Below are positions 60,193 to 64,000 of a stretch of DNA of 64,000 nt, piece by piece. Each line of letters starts with the position of its first letter. Within the stretch, counting starts at the first letter, position 1. The position numbers were made by a program, and so were the translations under genes. Source of the DNA: Escherichia phage vB_EcoM_ESCO32; the sequence record OM386658.1; one strand, 5' to 3'. The notes under the pieces are model-generated. The model was not told the DNA's origin. It saw nothing but the letters and a program-made list of their open reading frames with translations, and did no database searches.

Positions 60193-62607
60193 TTAAGCAT
60201 TATTGACAGTAACAAAAGTAACAGGGTTCAGAGCTTTAATTTTTGTATTCTCTGCTGTAGGTGTTACAATTGGATCTGCAATATCTATTGTGTACAAACT
60301 ATTTGTCACATATGTAGCACGTGCTATAGTTGTCACAAGATCGCCGCCATTTACACCTGCACCTGGAATAACAATCTTAGTACCTGCTGCTTTAGCGTAG
60401 CCATTACTAGCCCAGTTTAAAGCATTAGACTGTAGATAGGTTTGACCTGTAACAGTTGCTTTTATTTTCTCATTATCACTAAAGAAAGCACCACCTGCTG
60501 TAACAACGTGTTTTTTACCGCTTGCACAATGAATAACTGTTCCAGTAGGGAAGTCACGCCCACCTGGGAATTCATCATAAGCTGTAAAATATTGTTCAGA
60601 AATAGTAGTTAAAACTGGCCCACGATGACCTGTACCATCAACAGCAGTTGGAACACCAAAGTTATTTCCAACCTGATCGCAACGATCAGTGTAGATTTTA
60701 GCAAAAGAAACTGTTATTTCATCTCCGCTAAGTGCTGTACATCCTACCCACTTCATATACGTGAATTGGCTGCGAGTATAGAAACCGCCACCACTTCCTT
60801 CTCCGCTTCCATGTTGACCAATAAAGTCAATGCTACGGCAACGAATGTTATTAAAGGTAGAGCTAGATGGTAGTCCACGCCATTTAAAAACATTACAATT
60901 GATGTTACTAACAATTGTAGAGTTTTCCCAGGCATCTGATCCAGCCGTTGCAATCTCAATTGAAGATTCTGGAATATCCAAATTCTTAATTGTAAAGTTA
61001 ATTGGTGGCCCCGCATATCTTCCACTGTTAACACCCCAGTCAATAAAGACCATGCGTGTTGAAACAGACGGATCATTAAGCAGATAACCAGTTAAACCAT
61101 CAACTTCAAAATCTTGGCATCCGTATAATGCAACACCACAAGTAGTTAAACCTGTACCTGTTGAAACTGCTGTGTTAGGATAAACTTCGTTATCACGTAT
61201 TGTGAAGTTTTTACCCATTTCAACGTGTAAACATTGACGGCAATTGTAAACCCTATTCCCAACGATACTGAAATTACGTACATATTGTGAATCAGGAACA
61301 TCAACACCATATGGGCCACTACCTGCTACACCAATACCAATACCCCAGTTTGCCCCTTGTCCAGAAGCATCTACGTTAGCAATGTGGTTATTCTCGATAA
61401 TCAAACCTTCAGTGTAGTGTTTTTGAACTACGTTAAGTTCAATAGCATCACCTTTAATATCGTGAATATAGTTGTTAGAGTAACGCCCGTAGGTCATTAC
61501 TTCTCCAGTACCTTGTTGCAGGATCGCATATTTACAACCATACATTTCGTTGTAACTGAAGTCCAACGTACCTTCACTTGTCATTGCTTGCATTAAGAAT
61601 GCTGCTGTAGATGTTGCGTTGGAGAAGATATTACGATAGAATCGGCAATCACCACCTAACATCTTAACATAACATTTTTCAAAGCGAACGTTTTCCATCC
61701 AACAAGACACAGTAGAAATCATTGTTCCACCGTTACCAGTGAATGTACCACCATACCAACGAATACCAGACATAGCAATTGAGCTTGTGAATCTATAATT
61801 CTTATCTGCACGTACTTGAATGTTATTCGTGTTAGCGAAAGTAATGGTTTTTAAAATTGCTTGAGTATCATCGGTAACTCCATCACCAATTGCACCAAAC
61901 TGCTCAGGCGTTACAAAGTATTGAGCTTGTAAGAGGTTGCCTCCAGATGGAAGACCAACCATTGCTGCACCAGTGGTGGATGACAAAAGGTTTTTCTCTA
62001 CGTAAGAAGTAGAGGCTGTTGTTTTACCAATAAAAGCAAACAATTTGTTAGGTAGACCAGTAGACGGATCTAAACCTAGTGGTTCTGCCAGAATAATTTT
62101 ACTATCTTTGATAGTAAATGCTTCACCTTGAATCTGAATTACACCGTTAATGGTGACAATAGCATTATCAAAGATATAAGGAGGACTGATTTCTGTTTCA
62201 TATCCTGTAGCACCTTTAAAATACCAAGGATACACATCTGAAGCTAACTGTTCAGTTTTAAGAGCGTACAGAGTCCAGTTACTATCTCCTACAGGTGTTC
62301 CCTGCATAGGTACAGGGTTCGCAGTAGTGGCAGATGGGGCATAATAGTACCCACTCAAGATACCGTTTTCAAAATAACGTAACTGGTTAAATACAGTTTC
62401 AGTTGATCCTGCTGACCAAGCAACAGGACTCTTAAAGAAGAAGTTATCAACAAGTGCTTTACGCAGTGTAGGTATTAAACCTGTTTCGGTTTCTACAGTT
62501 GCTGTAGCATCTCCATTAATAACATCATGCATCTGGTTAGACGAGAATATAACCAGATCAACACCTTGTTCTAGTGTCGTAGCAGGATATGTTGGAAAAT
62601 TCGCCAT
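60193..62607 (-). CDS. tailspike/tail fibre with right-handed beta-helix (pectate-lyase-like) domain, candidate depolymerase
   Basis: ORF track 804 aa; N-x-I-x-N-rich repeats (NNYIHDIKGDAIELN ... IIENNHIANV ... IVGNRVYNC ... IRDNEVY). Confidence 0.7.
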   Translation of the reverse strand: MANFPTYPATTLEQGVDLVIFSSNQMHDVINGDATATVETETGLIPTLRKALVDNFFFKSPVAWSAGSTETVFNQLRYFENGILSGYYYAPSATTANPVPMQGTPVGDSNWTLYALKTEQLASDVYPWYFKGATGYETEISPPYIFDNAIVTINGVIQIQGEAFTIKDSKIILAEPLGLDPSTGLPNKLFAFIGKTTASTSYVEKNLLSSTTGAAMVGLPSGGNLLQAQYFVTPEQFGAIGDGVTDDTQAILKTITFANTNNIQVRADKNYRFTSSIAMSGIRWYGGTFTGNGGTMISTVSCWMENVRFEKCYVKMLGGDCRFYRNIFSNATSTAAFLMQAMTSEGTLDFSYNEMYGCKYAILQQGTGEVMTYGRYSNNYIHDIKGDAIELNVVQKHYTEGLIIENNHIANVDASGQGANWGIGIGVAGSGPYGVDVPDSQYVRNFSIVGNRVYNCRQCLHVEMGKNFTIRDNEVYPNTAVSTGTGLTTCGVALYGCQDFEVDGLTGYLLNDPSVSTRMVFIDWGVNSGRYAGPPINFTIKNLDIPESSIEIATAGSDAWENSTIVSNINCNVFKWRGLPSSSTFNNIRCRSIDFIGQHGSGEGSGGGFYTRSQFTYMKWVGCTALSGDEITVSFAKIYTDRCDQVGNNFGVPTAVDGTGHRGPVLTTISEQYFTAYDEFPGGRDFPTGTVIHCASGKKHVVTAGGAFFSDNEKIKATVTGQTYLQSNALNWASNGYAKAAGTKIVIPGAGVNGGDLVTTIARATYVTNSLYTIDIADPIVTPTAENTKIKALNPVTFVTVNNA

Positions 62608-62948
62608 TAATTTTTGTCCTTACTTTGTGTGCGCTTTGTAATCTCCTCTAGCATTAATTGAACAGGAGCATTTTTTAAATCCATTATTTTTTCAATCTTC
62701 TGTTCTAAGGCAGTATTATTTGCCATTAATGTAGAGTTGATCTGGTTAAGCATTTGAGCAAGTTCTGCTTTGGTAGCATAAGTGGATTCAACAAACACCA
62801 ACTTCTTTTCTAGTTCGCGGTATTTGTCTTCCATTTTATCCAAATCACTTGCCATATCATCTATCTTCTGTTTGAAGACCACCCAGATTACGCCAATAAG
62901 AGGGATAATCGCCTCTTTAGCGATATCCCATACTTCTGTTAGCTCCAT
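62607..62948 (-). CDS. hypothetical protein with N-terminal hydrophobic helix and coiled coil (113 aa)
   Basis: ORF track; IIPLIGVIWVVF hydrophobic segment then heptad-rich region. Confidence 0.5.
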   Translation of the reverse strand: MELTEVWDIAKEAIIPLIGVIWVVFKQKIDDMASDLDKMEDKYRELEKKLVFVESTYATKAELAQMLNQINSTLMANNTALEQKIEKIMDLKNAPVQLMLEEITKRTQSKDKN

Positions 62949-62957
62949 ACATTGCCC

Positions 62958-63509
62958 CTATTTCTTAGGTCTTGTAGGCCAAGTTATATTAGGTGCATCT
63001 TCAACGTTAATTTGAATTAATGTTGCACGATAGAGTTTAACTTTTCCTAACCAATCTTTTTGTTCTTCAGATAAACCTTGTAATTCCTCTAAATCTTGAA
63101 TCGCAGACACTTGATTCGTAGCCCAAGTTAGCTCCTTTTCTAACTTAAGAGTAGCATCTTCAATAGCAAGATTATTGTGAGGAACAAACTTACCTTCAAC
63201 ATATTGCCAAGAGCCAATATTACTTTCATCTTCTATTTTATCTGGTACATTATATGTAACTAAAATAGATTGTCCGGCAGGGAAATAGGTAGTAACATCT
63301 TTAGTAGCACCACGTACAATATTATTATCATCTAAGGTAATAAAATAAGCGTCGGGATATTCTACCATCAAAGTTTTTTGAAGCTGATACCAGTCGTTAC
63401 CATCTTTGTCTTGCAAAAAACCACCACCAACAGAAAGATAAAGAATATTTTCTTCTGTTAATTCTGGTTCATACAATTCAAAACCTGTAAAAATAACGTC
63501 TTTTTTCAT
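62958..63509 (-). CDS. hypothetical tail-associated protein (183 aa)
   Basis: ORF track; position within the tail fibre module. Confidence 0.55.
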   Translation of the reverse strand: MKKDVIFTGFELYEPELTEENILYLSVGGGFLQDKDGNDWYQLQKTLMVEYPDAYFITLDDNNIVRGATKDVTTYFPAGQSILVTYNVPDKIEDESNIGSWQYVEGKFVPHNNLAIEDATLKLEKELTWATNQVSAIQDLEELQGLSEEQKDWLGKVKLYRATLIQINVEDAPNITWPTRPKK

Positions 63510-63518
63510 AGACTCTCC

Positions 63519-63992
63519 TTACGAAACGTTGGTTACTGTTATCCAGCTACCATTAATATAATATTGTAGCGGGGCTGACCAATACCAAGCACCACGAAGT
63601 TCTTTCTTGTCACCAAAACCCCAACCTGTGATCACGTGACCAGCATAGAAACGAGACTCAGACACACCAGCTTGGATACGTGTTCCAAGACGGATAGCAG
63701 ACACAACAGAAGAAACTCTATTGTTAATGCTATTAATTTGGCCTTGCAAGTTACTATTAACGTTGTTAATATTATTTTGCAGTGTGCTTTGCAATGAGTT
63801 TAGTCTGGAGTTAAGATAATCTAATCTTACAAGAGCATTACCATTACCAGTATCTTGACCAGAATTAGAACGAGGGTTGTCTATTAAAACATAACCTGCA
63901 TCATATAAACGGACTGCACAAGATGTTCCTCCAGTTGATGGGTTCATTCTATAAATATAGAGTTGACCACCTGCACCTGGTTCAGAGGACAT
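63519..63992 (-). CDS. hypothetical structural protein (157 aa)
   Basis: ORF track; lies within 8 nt of the window end, upstream context not visible. Confidence 0.5.
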   Translation of the reverse strand: MSSEPGAGGQLYIYRMNPSTGGTSCAVRLYDAGYVLIDNPRSNSGQDTGNGNALVRLDYLNSRLNSLQSTLQNNINNVNSNLQGQINSINNRVSSVVSAIRLGTRIQAGVSESRFYAGHVITGWGFGDKKELRGAWYWSAPLQYYINGSWITVTNVS

Positions 63993-64000
63993 ATTACCTA

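Noticed and set aside
1-64000. Prophage or lysogeny signals (integrase, CI-like repressor, att sites) and tRNA/rRNA genes
   Set aside because: No tyrosine or serine recombinase motifs, no repressor-like HTH pair and no tRNA-like sequences were seen; the region looks like a virulent phage segment

Overview
The window reads as one uninterrupted segment of a large, probably virulent, tailed dsDNA phage genome. No integrase, repressor, tRNA, rRNA or CRISPR array was found. Host and phage family are not assigned; an E. coli-type SSB tail motif (DFDDDIPF) and Fur-box-like sites hint at a Gram-negative host (inference only). Four modules: (1) ~0.9-11.4 kb, a minus-strand array of about 30 small early genes, most preceded by a sigma70-type promoter (-35 TTGACA) and a conserved GC-rich leader stem-loop (GGCGGGAAAccaTTTCCCGCC and variants); (2) ~12.0-17.7 kb, Fur-box-like palindromes and three tandem 58-bp repeats followed by a minus-strand island encoding a NADAR-domain protein, a zinc-ribbon-repeat protein with a GIY-YIG/T5orf172-like tail, a P-loop ATPase and small membrane proteins; (3) ~17.8-56.2 kb, a plus-strand block with an intein-containing UvrD-like helicase, anaerobic ribonucleotide reductase NrdD/NrdG, a Ter-associated module (HAD-like, PRTase, macro, TerC, TelA-like, vWA, TerD), a SleB-type cell-wall hydrolase, three glycosyltransferases, a primase-helicase, a family-A DNA polymerase split by a LAGLIDADG intein, an AP2-domain protein, a CCA-type nucleotidyltransferase, an SSB-like protein and a DNA amino-methyltransferase; (4) 56.3-64.0 kb, minus-strand tail fibre and tailspike genes. 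All calls rest on motifs read by eye; no database search was run. Coordinates taken from the ORF track are exact; starts I trimmed are in-frame offsets from the track; small ORFs, promoters, hairpins and repeats that I located by counting bases are approximate to about +/-2 nt.
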